Shown here piece after piece: positions 42,698 through 53,119 of a stretch of DNA of 64,000 nt. The stretch is from Candidatus Bathyarchaeota archaeon. Its GTDB lineage: Archaea; Thermoproteota; Bathyarchaeia; Bathyarchaeales; Bathycorpusculaceae. Under the pieces are notes generated by a model, which did no database searches, was not told where the DNA came from, and was given only the letters and a program-made list of their open reading frames with translations. The stretch's first letter is position 1; each line of letters begins with the position of its first letter. The DNA lies in NCBI GenBank assembly GCA_963780185.1, contig CAWABA010000006.1:736001-800000 (forward strand), read 5' to 3'. Made by a program: the position numbers and the translations under genes.

Positions 42698-43648
42698 TTA
42701 TCCCCTCCGTTCCCGCTCGATACGGGCTTTTCTCTCAATTAGCTGGTAAACTTTATCCGCAAGCACATTCAAATCCGAAGCAGCCGTCTTCTGCTGGGTT
42801 CTGGCGGCTGCCGATTCATCGTCTGCCTGCTTCATCCTATTTCTTGCTATTTGTGACTGATTACTTATAAAATGTTCTTCAGCCCCCAACCCGTCGCCTC
42901 CAACGCCTCGCGGATTTCCCTTTTCATGAGCCGTTTCAAGCAGCCTAAGAGCAAGAGGCGCCTCAACATTGCCACCTTCCCCAACCCTTACACGACTAAC
43001 TACGGTTCTTTCAGAAAAAGAATGAAGCCTTTTAGAATGGACAAGTATCGATTGCGCAAAAAGGGTCCTGCGTGATTCTTGAAAAAGCCTGGCTTTTTGG
43101 GTTTGCAAGGCAACCTCGGTTTGGGCATATGGAGGGCTGGGTGTTTTAGCTGCAAGTTCAACTTCTTTGGTCATTGGAGATTTTTGCGGAAGCTGAAACG
43201 ACGTTCCATTGGACAGAACCAAACCCACTGGCGAAGCCAAAAGCAAACGTTCAGTCAAAAATGTCGTTTTGGGAAAGAAGTTCAGAGCCGTAAGAGCACT
43301 TGTTTTGACAACTGAGCTTTCGTACGTCGTCGATAATGACTGGCGTGGCGCCGCAGGCTCGGAGGAAAAAATCTGCGTTTGATAGTTAAGCGTTACTGGC
43401 TGATTGTTTATGGTCTGGTGGATGCGTTTTTGGGTTGTGGCGTCGCTTTTCTGAAAAAGGGTTGTGTAACGGTTGACAAGCATGAAGGGCAGCCTGTGGA
43501 TGAAAGCGATTCGTGATGGGAAAGCCATCGCGGGACCTGCCGCGGGCTTCAGAAGCCGTCGCCGGGCGAAAGCCAAATGCCTACTTATTTTGCAGTCAAA
43601 AACGCTAAAGTCCATCAGCGCCAATTTTGGTCGGGTTCCGAGCGGCAT
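42698..43648 (-). CDS. Low-complexity eCIS protein, tape-measure candidate
   Basis: Between tube and LysM genes; C-terminus DLNVLADKVYQLIERKARIERERRG as seen in eCIS loci. Confidence 0.7.
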   Translation of the reverse strand: MPLGTRPKLALMDFSVFDCKISRHLAFARRRLLKPAAGPAMAFPSRIAFIHRLPFMLVNRYTTLFQKSDATTQKRIHQTINNQPVTLNYQTQIFSSEPAAPRQSLSTTYESSVVKTSALTALNFFPKTTFLTERLLLASPVGLVLSNGTSFQLPQKSPMTKEVELAAKTPSPPYAQTEVALQTQKARLFQESRRTLFAQSILVHSKRLHSFSERTVVSRVRVGEGGNVEAPLALRLLETAHEKGNPRGVGGDGLGAEEHFISNQSQIARNRMKQADDESAAARTQQKTAASDLNVLADKVYQLIERKARIERERRG

Positions 43649-43650
43649 CT

Positions 43651-44079
43651 TTACCCCTTTTCCAGCCCTTCATGAACCAGCTCCAACGTTTCAATCGCAA
43701 CTGTGCTGCTGTCAGCTTTAAGGTCGGGTCCAACCCATTTGACGGGGTAAGCGTTTTTGAAGTGCCAACGCCACTTCTCGTTTCCTTCAAGGTCGATAAG
43801 TATCACGGCGCCTGAAGCCCGTTTTACTATTCCGTTGATTACGTCTTGGTGCCAACCCCACAGAGCCGTCGAGTCGCCGAGTCCCCTTTTAAGAACCAGA
43901 TTTGGGTACCGGGTTTTCTTGGGAAGCTTATGCACATAATCGTTGACGCCGCCTTCCTCAACCGTTTCAACTTCGGTTTCCGCCTGCAACCCCGAAACCT
44001 CAGAAAAGCCGCCTACGATGAAACCTTGAATCTCAACAAGAAACCTGAAAGCCACGTAAGGGTTCTTTTCTGACTGCAC
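43651..44079 (-). CDS. Second tail tube protein (gp19 / Afp5-like)
   Basis: FRFLVEI, GFSEVSGL, EGGVN, LVLKRG, AYPVKW.GP, AIETLELVHEG. Confidence 0.95.
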   Translation of the reverse strand: MQSEKNPYVAFRFLVEIQGFIVGGFSEVSGLQAETEVETVEEGGVNDYVHKLPKKTRYPNLVLKRGLGDSTALWGWHQDVINGIVKRASGAVILIDLEGNEKWRWHFKNAYPVKWVGPDLKADSSTVAIETLELVHEGLEKG

Positions 44080-44422
44080 AGCGCATACGCCCTTTCCTAC
44101 CTATTCCAAGCGCTAACTATTATATTTATGCAGCTTAACGGTTTTGCAGGCAAGTCAGTAGAGCTTTTGGAGTATTTTTCTCACAGGTCTTCTTCCGAGC
44201 TGTTTGCACGCGAAGGTTCTTGGGGTTGATTGCAATGTGGGCAAAAACGTGCCTACGAGCTTGTTTATTGCAGCTACGTCCGAAACTATCACAATCCTCT
44301 CGCTTAATGGACGCAAGCCAGTTTTTTGTAAATGCGTTACCCACATTTTGGTTTGCCGCAATAAAAAATGTTGGGAAATGGGGAATGGCCGAATGCCTTT
44401 TGGGGATTTCGTTGCTGTCGGG

Positions 44423-44986
44423 TTATTTGTTGATTACGGTCCGCGTGATGATGACGATTTGGGTTACTTTGGAGTTGGTTATGTCGACTTTGACAGTTGC
44501 GAAGCCTGAGTTGCCGTTCTGCAGTGTTATTATGGCTGTTGTGGCTTGAGTGGTTATTGTTCCGTCTGCCCCGATTACGCTGTGAATTATTGGGTTGATG
44601 GCTGTCACGTTGTAGCCTTGGGCGATGAGGTTTTGTACGTCGGTGTCGTTGGCGAGGATGCTGTTTATCGTCGCGTTGTAGGCTGAGCTTAATTCAAGGT
44701 TTTGCATTCCTTGCATGTTGCCCATTCCTCCTAGACCGCCGGGACCGTTGTGGCCTCCGCCGAGCGGTTGATTGCCGAATGCTTGGCTGTCTGCGAAGTT
44801 TCCGAAGGGTTGCATGCCTGATGTCTGGTTAACGTAGGAAATCACTGAAGTGGTGGCATTTATGCTTGTGTCCGCGGTTGACGATGTGTTACTTGCCGAT
44901 GCCGATGACATGATGAAGAGCGCACCTATTGTCACCGAAAGAACAGACAGCAGGATTAGACTAATGGCAACGGTTTTTTTGTTGAT
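44423..44986 (-). CDS. Secreted hypothetical protein (probable start ATC at 44986 after SD GGAGGTGA)
   Basis: In-frame extension INKKTVAISLILLSVLSVTIGALF forms a signal peptide; Gly-rich linker. Confidence 0.65.
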   Translation of the reverse strand: MNKKTVAISLILLSVLSVTIGALFIMSSASASNTSSTADTSINATTSVISYVNQTSGMQPFGNFADSQAFGNQPLGGGHNGPGGLGGMGNMQGMQNLELSSAYNATINSILANDTDVQNLIAQGYNVTAINPIIHSVIGADGTITTQATTAIITLQNGNSGFATVKVDITNSKVTQIVIITRTVINK

Positions 44987-45175
44987 TTGTTTTCACCTCC
45001 GAATCAAACATCCAAGAAAGCAATGTTTTATTAAACGATTTTTCAACATCCAAACCCAATCTGCTCTAAATCAATTCCAAATCAGTTCCAAATCTGACCA
45101 CCTTTCAAACCGAGCAGAGCAGGGAATAAGAGAAATCAAGCCTGAAGCAAGAAAACGCCGCGGGCCGGATTCCAA

Positions 45176-45643
45176 TCATTCAAAACTGATGTACAGTAAC
45201 GCGCAGAGCACTACAAACTCGAACAAGTCTGGCACAAACGCGAATGGACCGAGACCCTGTTGATGGTACCCGAAAACCCAAATCACCAGTGGACTTGAAG
45301 TTAAGTCTTTGACAAGGAATGCAGCCGAAAAAATCAGCAGTCCAAAGGTGAACTTGGAACGTGTCCTATGAAACATGTCGGCGTTGCTGACTAATAGAAA
45401 AACCAGTAGCGCAATGTTAAGAGACGAAACTACAGTCTCCGCGACGTAGAAAACCTCCAAGTCGCCGGGAATGCCTTGTGAAGGAGGTGGATTACCGTGG
45501 GAAGACAGGGGCGGCTGAGGGCTGAATGGACTGAGTGGCTTGAAGTAGGCGTATGAAGCCCAAATGGCTGTACCCAAGGCTACAATTATCAAAATAGCCA
45601 GAAGCAGGACGATTTTCGGGTTCTTGTACATATGTTTCTCCAT
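45176..45643 (-). CDS. Membrane protein associated with an HTH regulator
   Basis: Four TM segments; ATG at 45643 (MEKHMYKNP) directly downstream of the HTH gene. Confidence 0.75.
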   Translation of the reverse strand: MEKHMYKNPKIVLLLAILIIVALGTAIWASYAYFKPLSPFSPQPPLSSHGNPPPSQGIPGDLEVFYVAETVVSSLNIALLVFLLVSNADMFHRTRSKFTFGLLIFSAAFLVKDLTSSPLVIWVFGYHQQGLGPFAFVPDLFEFVVLCALLYISFE

Positions 45644-45662
45644 TTTCTCGTTTCTCCTTTTT

Positions 45663-45971
45663 CTACTTTTGCCACATTCTTTTCCTAATGTCCTCAAATA
45701 CTGCGTAATTGTCTTCCAAAGCGGGTGATAGGAAGTAAGTGACCCCATATCCACCGGATCTTCCCGCCGAAGTTATCATATTGTTCTTCTCAAGCAGCTG
45801 AACATGATGCCTAATCGTCTTGTAATCGACGTCTAACGTAGCTGCAAGCTGGTTCGCGTTTTGAGGGGTCTCCTTCAGAATCTCAATTACTTTGGCACGC
45901 ATCGGGCCGCCTCTTGAACCTGCAATTAACCACCCGAGCAGATATTTTAGTTGGCGGACGTTAACAGCCAT
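45663..45971 (-). CDS. ArsR-family winged-helix regulator
   Basis: WLIAGSRGGPMRAKVI...PQNANQLA..L.VDYKTIRHH...YG..YFLS. Confidence 0.9.
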   Translation of the reverse strand: MAVNVRQLKYLLGWLIAGSRGGPMRAKVIEILKETPQNANQLAATLDVDYKTIRHHVQLLEKNNMITSAGRSGGYGVTYFLSPALEDNYAVFEDIRKRMWQK

Positions 45972-46326
45972 TGAGAACAGCCCTAAATGGAAGGGATTAG
46001 GTTGAGTCTTAATTTAAGCAATTCCCCAAATGACAAAACGAGGTTGGCAGCGCCGCAACGAGTCTTCTCAAAAAAACATAACTGAAGGCATCTCCGCGAG
46101 AAACGGAAAAGCAACCTCGAAAAATCTGGCAACCAAGGAGCATACTATCGTTTGACGCATTGCTCTGTAACGGCATCGAAATGGTTTGTTTTGCTGTAAT
46201 CGCAGTTCTTGCAGTCGTCTTTTATGTCTTGACCAAACGGGCAACCCTTCAAATCAGCCATACCTTCACCTCTAATGCCTCAGCCTACACAGTGGCTAAG
46301 CAATTTCAAACTCTATTCTATGGCAC

Positions 46327-48271
46327 CTATTTATCGGTATTAGGTTTTGCGGTTACCCCGTGTTTCTTTTGCCACGCAACTAACGCAGCTGCAATCACCG
46401 CCACTGCAACCAAAGCAACCAGAAAGTAAGCAAACCATGGCTGAGTGACTATAGAACCATTTGATGCATGTGAAGAGCCCAATTCAAGGGTGATTCGGTG
46501 AGTGCTATGGTGATAGGTGAAGGACACAAGCCAACAATCGTCCGCTGATTTGACTGTGTAGGGTATTTTGTTTCCGTCAAGGTTCACTGTTAAGCCGTCG
46601 ATGCTGCTGATTAGAGATTTTGGAATGTAAATGTCAAGGTAGCCTGTGGTTCCTGAGGGTCCGCTGACGGTGAAGCTTAGCTGTTTGGCTGCTGAGTCGA
46701 AGTTGAGTTGTGACATTGTCGAGTTTGTTGTGATTGAGAAGAAGCCTTGCGAGTTGCAGGGGGTTATGGCGACGTTAAATATTGAGCTTGTCTGCGGGTA
46801 ACTGGAGTTGCCTGTCCATGTTGCGTTTAGAAGGTAGTTGCCTGTGGCTGAAGGAGTCCAGAGGACATTGAAGCCGCCGCTGGCATCTGTGTTTACGGAA
46901 GTAAGCTCATTCCAATGTAAACCGTTGTCAACGCTGTAAGACAGCAAGATTGATGCGTCGGCTATTCCTGTTCCGTTAGCCGTTAAGGTGCCCACGATGT
47001 TTGCTCTAATGTTGGTGGATGTTGAGCTTTGGCAGCTAAGCCAAATTGAAGCCTCGCCGCTTGGCGAAGTGGGCGGCGTAGGCGTTGCTGAAGGCTCAGG
47101 CGCAGGCGAAGTATAATTGGTTGCTTCAGAGCCTCCAACGATTTTAGTTATCCACGACCCGTCTTCACCCACGATAACATAATTTCCATCCGCGGTTTGA
47201 ATAACAGAGTTAGCCAAAGTTCCTGTGCTGGTCCCGTTAAATGACCATTGAACATTGCCTGCAGAGTCGGTTTTAGCCAGCACAAAATTTCTTCCGCCTG
47301 TGACTGCGTATCCACCGTCGCGTGTTTGAATCACCGAGGTAGCCCATTGCATGTTGGTTCCGATGTTTTTTGTCCACGCTATGTTGCCGGCTGAATCGGT
47401 CTTAAGAAGCAAAATTGGACCGGTGCCGCCGAGTGAGCTGCTTGCTACGCCGACAAGTGCGTATCCGCCATCTTTGGTCGGAGTCATACCGTAGGGCCAA
47501 TCCCAAAGGGATTCTGAGAAGCTTTGGTTCCACTGCATGTTCCCAGCTGAATCAGTTTTAACCAGCCAGAATTCGGGGTCATTGCCTGGGACTCCCGTGC
47601 AGCCAGCCATGGCGTACCCTCCATCTGTTGTTTGGACGATGACTTCGGCTCTGTCATCATCTAGACCCCCATACAGTTTTGTCCACTGCAGGTTCCCTGA
47701 CGAATCGGTTTTCATGAATAGAAAATTCCAGCCGCCGAGCCCAGTGTAACCAGTGTAACCGCCGAAGTCACCAGCTATAGCGTAGCCGCCGTCGCTTGTT
47801 TGAACCAGAGAATTGGCTTCGTAAACTCCTTGATTGTCTCCTAAAATTCTGTTCCATTGCATGGTGCCGTTTGAGTCTGTCTTGACAAGCCAAACGTGTC
47901 CCGCATAGCCTCCCTCTGACTGCCCCGTGCCAACTATGGCGTAGCCACCGTCCGATGTCTGAACAACAGACTTGGGGTACACAGCGTAAGAAGGAAGACT
48001 GTAGGTTTGGCTCCACTGCTCGCCGCCAGTTGAACCAAGCTTAGTTAACGTGTAACCTCCTAGAGGACTTACCGCCGCAAAGCCTCCGTCTGAAGTTTGG
48101 ATGGCATCATACGCCCCGTCCCCCGTGTATGTTTTGCTCCAGATAACTGTGGGGTTTTGCTGTTGCGTCGCGTCATTTGATGCTTTGACAGTGAGGGATG
48201 GTATAAAAATTAGAGAAGCTAGAAACAGGGCGACAAGAATCAAAGCTAAGGGTTTTACCGAGGGGTTTCAT
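46327..48271 (-). CDS. Membrane-anchored surface protein: beta-propeller (QTSDGGY repeats), Ig-like domain, C-terminal TM
   Basis: Repeats QTSDGGYAI...WLVKTDS.G..QW; ATG at 48271 with a frameshift near 48250; C-terminal TM plus basic tail. Confidence 0.85.
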
Positions 48272-48293
48272 GCTTACTCTTGGATTCATGTTG

Positions 48294-48351
48294 TGATAAA
48301 AGGGTTCTCGTAAAGGTTTCTTGACTGGGCTTAGTCAACGTTTCTTGACTA
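48294..48351 (-). promoter_or_regulatory. Operator/promoter element shared with 57217-57272
   Basis: Minus strand reads AGTCAAGAAACGTTGACTAAGCCCAGTCAAGAAACCTTTACGAGAACCCTTTTAT upstream of the surface protein gene. Confidence 0.75.
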
Positions 48352-48381
48352 GCGAAAAAGGTGTTGAGAAGTTTGTTTGGG

Positions 48382-48457
48382 TGGTAGCCCGGGAGAGACT
48401 CGAACTCTCGTCAAGGGCTCCAGAGGCCCCTATGCTTGACCGCTACACCACCGGGCT
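48382..48457 (-). tRNA. tRNA-Gln(CTG), CCA encoded, no intron
   Basis: AGCCCGGTGGTGTAGCGGTCAAGCATAGGGGCCTCTGGAGCCCTTGACGAGAGTTCGAGTCTCTCCCGGGCTACCA folds into a cloverleaf; A1-U72 pair typical of archaeal tRNA-Gln. Confidence 0.97.
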
Positions 48458-48599
48458 CCAATCAGAGATGTGCCACTAAAACAGGAAAACTAAGTAATAA
48501 CCTTAACGTTAACCCCACGACCTAAACCCGTTTGTAACGCCGCAGTTTTTTCAAGCCTGTATTTACCTACTTGGCGCTAATTTGGGGTTCAGGACTCTA

Positions 48600-51500
48600 T
48601 CATGTCAACGGCAAGTGGAGGTTGATTTTTTTGCGGTTTCGAAAGATGCCGACTGCTGCGAAGCAGGCGATTGTAGCTAAGAGTGCACCTAGTGAGTATT
48701 CGGGGGTTACAAAGAGTGGTGTACCTTGCAGTTGGGATAGTGTGAAGGTTGCGCACAAAGTAGATGGTGCATAGAATTGAGTATCTACAGGTATCCAGCT
48801 TTCGCCGTTCCAAAACATGATTTGGCTGTTCTCGTTAAAAGCGGGGTTAGTTATGTTGACGGATACAACGGTGTCCATAGGTAAACCAGAACTGGGGATT
48901 ACTTGCACGTCATAGTAGTTTCCCCCTACAGATATTGACGCTGTTGTCCCTGGCGGCAGGTTAGCACCGTAGTCTATGGTTTTGACAGTTAAGGATGCAC
49001 CATCTGGAATCGAAGGATCATCTACACCAACGCTGACCCCAGTTTCCGCTGACTGGTCTACTGTGACGCTGCCGTCGCTTACCGTTTGCGTCCCGAAGGC
49101 TTGCGCAACGATGTTTGATGGGAAAAGTGGGTAGTTGTCCACGTTTAGTGCGTCGATGTTGTAGGGTGTGTCACCTATGCCATCGTGGTTAGCGTCTTTC
49201 CCAGTGTAGTCGCTCCAATAGTTCCCCCCAGAGGGATATCCGTTGTCCCACACGTTTCCGTCGCCATTCACATATGCCTGAACCTGATTGTTCACGAACT
49301 GGTTATGGTACACCGTGTTGCCGTCAGACGAAACGAAGTAAAGGCCAAATTCATTGTTTGAAACGTTGTTCCCCAAAATGGTATTGCCATAAGAGGACCA
49401 AAGGCCAATGCCAACCCAATGGTTGTTTTGTAAACTGTTACCGGAGATGACGTTGTTAGAGGCTGATTCAAGTTTGACTCCAATTCCAAACTGAGCAATA
49501 CCTATGAAGTTTTCAACGTTATCTACGGAAATTGAAGGGGAAACAACTTGCCCATTGTTGTTTAAAACATTGTCGATTATGTTGTTGTGTGAAGAACTGG
49601 CACCAATGTCCACTCCATCATTCCAATTGTTTGAAATGTCATTGTCACGTATTTCTAAAAATGAACTTCCGCCTTGGACGGATACTCCGGCGCTCCCAGT
49701 GGCTGTAATGGAGTTTTTCTCTATGGTTGAACCGAATGAATCGTCGAAAAATACTCCAAAAGAACCGCCCGAAATTGTGTTATTGTTTAACAAGGCATTA
49801 TTGCAGTTTCCCTGCACTGAAATCCCATATTGATAGTCGCCAGCTAAGGAGTTGTTGCCGACAACAACGTTGTTTGCGTCATTTAGGAAAATGCCCATGA
49901 AGTTATCATTAATTGTGTTGTTCGCGATAACAGCTGACGATGCTTCACCATCAACTCTAATTCCAGCCGCGTCAGTTACCCACCCGTTATAATCCAAGGT
50001 GTTATGTGACACCAGATTATTTGTGCCCAACATAATGAACACGCCGTAGCCTTCGTTATCTGAAATGACGTTGTTGGTTACCTTAGCGTTTTCAACGTTA
50101 TCCAAGAAAACTGCCGATGCTTGGTCGGTGCTTCCACTTCCAGTTATGCCAAAACCCGAGATTAAGACGCCGTCAGCTGTAACGGACACTGTATTTCCGG
50201 TTCCATCTCCATTTATGAGAGTGTTCTGGTTGTTTTCACCTATCAAAGAAACTGATTTGTCTACCAGAATGTTTTCGTCGTAAGTGCCTGCAGCCACCTT
50301 TATCAAGTCGCCGGGGCTTGCGTGATTTATGGCTGCTTGAATGGTCAAATAGTCATTGACGGAAATTGCTGCGGTTTTGATGAGCCAAAAATCTGCATGA
50401 CCCGCGCCGTATGAAAGGGTGTACCCCGCGAGCGCGTATCCTCCGTCTTTGGTCTGCACAAGAGCATTCATTTCATCCTCGCTGGTTCCTCCGTATGTTT
50501 TGCTGCATTGCTCTTCTCCAAACGAATTAGTCTTTATGAACCAAAAATCATAGTTGTTTGAATCGGAATAAGTGCACCCGCCAATAGCGTATCCGCCTTC
50601 ACTGGTCTGAACGATTGACGACCCGAAATCATAGTTTGTGCCTCCATAAGTCTGGTTCCATTCCATATTCCCAGACGAATCAGTCTTAACTACCCAAGCA
50701 TCATATTGACCCGCGCCGAAGGAGGTTGAAGAGCCGCAAACGACGAATCCGCCGTCACTTGTCTGAACCACAGTCCGAGCTAAATCCGCGTTCGGTCCTC
50801 CGTAAGTTTGGTTCCACTGTTCGTTGCCAAAAGAATCTGTCCTGACAAGCCAATAATCGTAGCCGCCAGCCCCATAGGATGCGGTGTATCCTGCTAAAGC
50901 GTACCCACCATCGCTGGTTTGCACAACTGAATTAGCTTCATCAACATCGCTTCCGCCATAGGTGTGGTTCCAGACCGCGTAACCTAAAGAGTTGGTTTTG
51001 ATAAGCCAAAAATCACTTAGACCGGCACTTGCAGAAAATGCTCGACCAGCAATTGCATAGCCACCGTCACTCGTTTGTATCACAGATGAGGCGCGGTCGT
51101 CATATGCGTAGCCGTTGTGGATTCCTCCGTACGTTCGGCTCCACTCTAAGTTGCCTGAGGAATCGGTTTTTACAAGCAAAAAGCTGAAAATGACGTAGCC
51201 ATATGAGTCGCTGTAACCTGCAAGAGCGTAGCCACCGTCTTTTGTCTGCACAACCGACATTGCCTCATCCCATCCTGAGCCACCATAAGCCTTACTCCAT
51301 TCAACATTGCCCGACGAATCTGTTTTTACAAGCCAAAAATCCATTGTTCCGCTGAACGCCGTGGTGTATCCAGCCATTGCGTAGCCGCCATCGCTAGTTT
51401 GTACCATGGAGTATAGTCGCTCATCGGTAGATGTCCCGTATGTTTGGCTCCATTCGGTGACAGGAGGAAGAGTTTGACCTACAGTCAAAGTTGCTGCATT

Positions 51501-51668
51501 TGCAGGCGGAAGTTTAGAAACAAACGCGAATAATCCTAGAAGCAATAAAACCGTTAACGCAACGGCAACCGACCATTTGCTGAAGACTTTTGAGGCACGC
51601 CTAACAAGCAATCTCTGCCCAATTTTGTGCAAAACCTTCTCCCCTTTCAGTAGCAGTCTCAAAGGCAA
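48600..51668 (-). CDS. Large surface protein: beta-propeller, right-handed beta-helix (NosD-like), PEF-CTERM-like sorting signal
   Basis: QTSDGGY repeats; TIQAAINHASPGD..V..GTY.E; GNYWSDY..D...DGIGDTPY; C-terminus TPEYSLGALLATIACFAAVGIFRNRKK. Confidence 0.88.
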   Translation of the reverse strand: MPLRLLLKGEKVLHKIGQRLLVRRASKVFSKWSVAVALTVLLLLGLFAFVSKLPPANAATLTVGQTLPPVTEWSQTYGTSTDERLYSMVQTSDGGYAMAGYTTAFSGTMDFWLVKTDSSGNVEWSKAYGGSGWDEAMSVVQTKDGGYALAGYSDSYGYVIFSFLLVKTDSSGNLEWSRTYGGIHNGYAYDDRASSVIQTSDGGYAIAGRAFSASAGLSDFWLIKTNSLGYAVWNHTYGGSDVDEANSVVQTSDGGYALAGYTASYGAGGYDYWLVRTDSFGNEQWNQTYGGPNADLARTVVQTSDGGFVVCGSSTSFGAGQYDAWVVKTDSSGNMEWNQTYGGTNYDFGSSIVQTSEGGYAIGGCTYSDSNNYDFWFIKTNSFGEEQCSKTYGGTSEDEMNALVQTKDGGYALAGYTLSYGAGHADFWLIKTAAISVNDYLTIQAAINHASPGDLIKVAAGTYDENILVDKSVSLIGENNQNTLINGDGTGNTVSVTADGVLISGFGITGSGSTDQASAVFLDNVENAKVTNNVISDNEGYGVFIMLGTNNLVSHNTLDYNGWVTDAAGIRVDGEASSAVIANNTINDNFMGIFLNDANNVVVGNNSLAGDYQYGISVQGNCNNALLNNNTISGGSFGVFFDDSFGSTIEKNSITATGSAGVSVQGGSSFLEIRDNDISNNWNDGVDIGASSSHNNIIDNVLNNNGQVVSPSISVDNVENFIGIAQFGIGVKLESASNNVISGNSLQNNHWVGIGLWSSYGNTILGNNVSNNEFGLYFVSSDGNTVYHNQFVNNQVQAYVNGDGNVWDNGYPSGGNYWSDYTGKDANHDGIGDTPYNIDALNVDNYPLFPSNIVAQAFGTQTVSDGSVTVDQSAETGVSVGVDDPSIPDGASLTVKTIDYGANLPPGTTASISVGGNYYDVQVIPSSGLPMDTVVSVNITNPAFNENSQIMFWNGESWIPVDTQFYAPSTLCATFTLSQLQGTPLFVTPEYSLGALLATIACFAAVGIFRNRKKINLHLPLT

Positions 51669-51792
51669 GTATTATTTAACTTTTTTCCAAAAGCCTATAG
51701 ACGACATGTTCTTGTCACCATTTTTCGGTTAAAAAGGCTGATTTAGCTCAAAAAAAAGTTCCCTAAACAATGGTAAAGTATCTTGGCAGCCA

Positions 51793-51999
51793 CTATTTTC
51801 TTTTGTTCTTCTCCGCTTCGCGGACGCAGTAGCATTCTTGGCTGACCCTGTTGTAGCTTTCGCAGTGCCAAAGCGTGTCAACTATGGCGTTTTTGTTTTG
51901 GGCGTAACGGGTTGAACAGAAAACTTTGGCGGGGTAATCGTAGCTGTTGTGGCTGTCACAGTTGCCGCAGTATTTTTCTGCATCTGAGTTTTGAACCAT
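51793..51999 (-). CDS. Small Cys-rich (metal-binding) hypothetical protein
   Basis: MVQNSDAEKYCGNCDSH...C...C...CYC, starting just after the dys stop codon. Confidence 0.65.
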   Translation of the reverse strand: MVQNSDAEKYCGNCDSHNSYDYPAKVFCSTRYAQNKNAIVDTLWHCESYNRVSQECYCVREAEKNKRK

Positions 52000-52003
52000 A
52001 ACT

Positions 52004-53026
52004 TCAGCTTCCTTTCTCTGCTGGTTTCGCAAACTGGAAAAGCGGCTTACGCTTGAAGTTTTCGCCGAGGCGTTCAGTGGCGGAGGCGACAAGGAACGGG
52101 AAAATCATCAAGGCTTCACCGATGACCATAACGTGGGCTGCTTCGCCCTTCATTTTTCCCCAGCTCACCGTTTCCTCCAACGTGGAACCCGATAAGCCGC
52201 CTGTTTCCGGTCTGTCCAGCGTTATGACGATGCCGTAGTCTAAGCCTTTTTTGGAGGCTACTGCGGATGATTGGATGGTGTTGCGTGGCACTCCGCCGCC
52301 GATAACTATCATTCCGTTTTTGGGCGATTTGCTGCAGATTCCGCAGATGGTCGGCACATCTTTGAAGGCGTCTAGGAGCAAAACGGGTTTCGGTTTGTCC
52401 TGTGCGGCGTGTAGCCAATGGATGAACCCGAATTCTGAGTCCCGCACCGAGGGCAGGAAGATTGGTACGTTTTCTTCGTATGCTGCTCGCAGGATGGAGT
52501 TTTCGTCCGTTAAGCGTTTGCCGATTTCCCATGTGAACTCGTTTGAAGCTAAGCTTTCGCCTTTGCGTTGGCGGGCGATGTCATCGTACATTTCTGACAT
52601 TTTAACGTCCAGTCGAACGTAGTCTTCTTCAGGAACCAAAATGTCGTAGATGCGGAAAAGATGGTACTTGTAGAGTTCAGCGTCGTTAATTGACAAACTG
52701 GCTTTGTAGTGGTGTCCGCCGACGGCTTCTATGGCGTCATGAACCATGCAGGCACCCGTGCTGACAATCACGTCGACAAGCCGTTTCCGAATCAAATCCG
52801 TCACAATCGTGCGCATTCCCGCTGGAACCACGGCGCCTGAAAGAGCCAAAAATATTGTGCAGTCTTTGTCTCTGAGCATTTTTTCGTAGATGTCGCATGC
52901 CGTTGACAGTCTGCCTGCGCCAAGTGAGCCTGACTTCTTGAATTGCTGCATCAGCTGGTCAACGGTTTGGGCGCCATCTACTTTTATGTGCTCGACTGGG
53001 TTTTGCAGGTAATCTTTCCGTTCCAT
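52004..53026 (-). CDS. dys: Deoxyhypusine synthase
   Basis: GMRTIV..LI, VSTGA, RIYDILVP, DSEFG, GGGVPRN, GGLSGSTLEETVSWGK. Confidence 0.93.
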   Translation of the reverse strand: MERKDYLQNPVEHIKVDGAQTVDQLMQQFKKSGSLGAGRLSTACDIYEKMLRDKDCTIFLALSGAVVPAGMRTIVTDLIRKRLVDVIVSTGACMVHDAIEAVGGHHYKASLSINDAELYKYHLFRIYDILVPEEDYVRLDVKMSEMYDDIARQRKGESLASNEFTWEIGKRLTDENSILRAAYEENVPIFLPSVRDSEFGFIHWLHAAQDKPKPVLLLDAFKDVPTICGICSKSPKNGMIVIGGGVPRNTIQSSAVASKKGLDYGIVITLDRPETGGLSGSTLEETVSWGKMKGEAAHVMVIGEALMIFPFLVASATERLGENFKRKPLFQFAKPAEKGS

Positions 53027-53119
53027 CCAAGCTGCGCCTGTTGTAAGTTGTTTGATGGATATGGAGTTGCATTTTCATATTTAAAGTTGAATCAAATTGG
53101 CAGAGAATGGATGACCAAG

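Larger units (their letters stand above)
24187..44079 (-). other. Extracellular contractile injection system (eCIS; Afp/PVC-like) gene cluster
   Basis: Two tube genes, sheath, LysM tube initiator, gp27/gpD hub, gpV spike, PAAR, gp25, two baseplate-J genes, P2-I-like protein, fibre-like gene, AAA ATPase, DUF4255 cap, DUF4157; no capsid, terminase, portal or integrase. Confidence 0.93.

Noticed and set aside
24187-44079. Prophage or provirus interpretation of the tail genes
   Set aside because: No capsid, portal, terminase, replication or integrase genes; the Afp15-like ATPase, DUF4255 and DUF4157 are diagnostic of eCIS.
24187-44079. Type VI secretion system
   Set aside because: No TssJLM, TssK or ClpV; the tube is gp19-like rather than Hcp and the sheath is a single polypeptide.
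44135-44549. Several short overlapping ORFs upstream of the eCIS
   Set aside because: No motifs or SD; they look like intergenic or shadow frames.
47200-51450. Dispersed DNA repeats in the two propeller genes
   Set aside because: Explained by QTSDGGY beta-propeller protein repeats; no sign of a template/variable repeat pair or reverse transcriptase.
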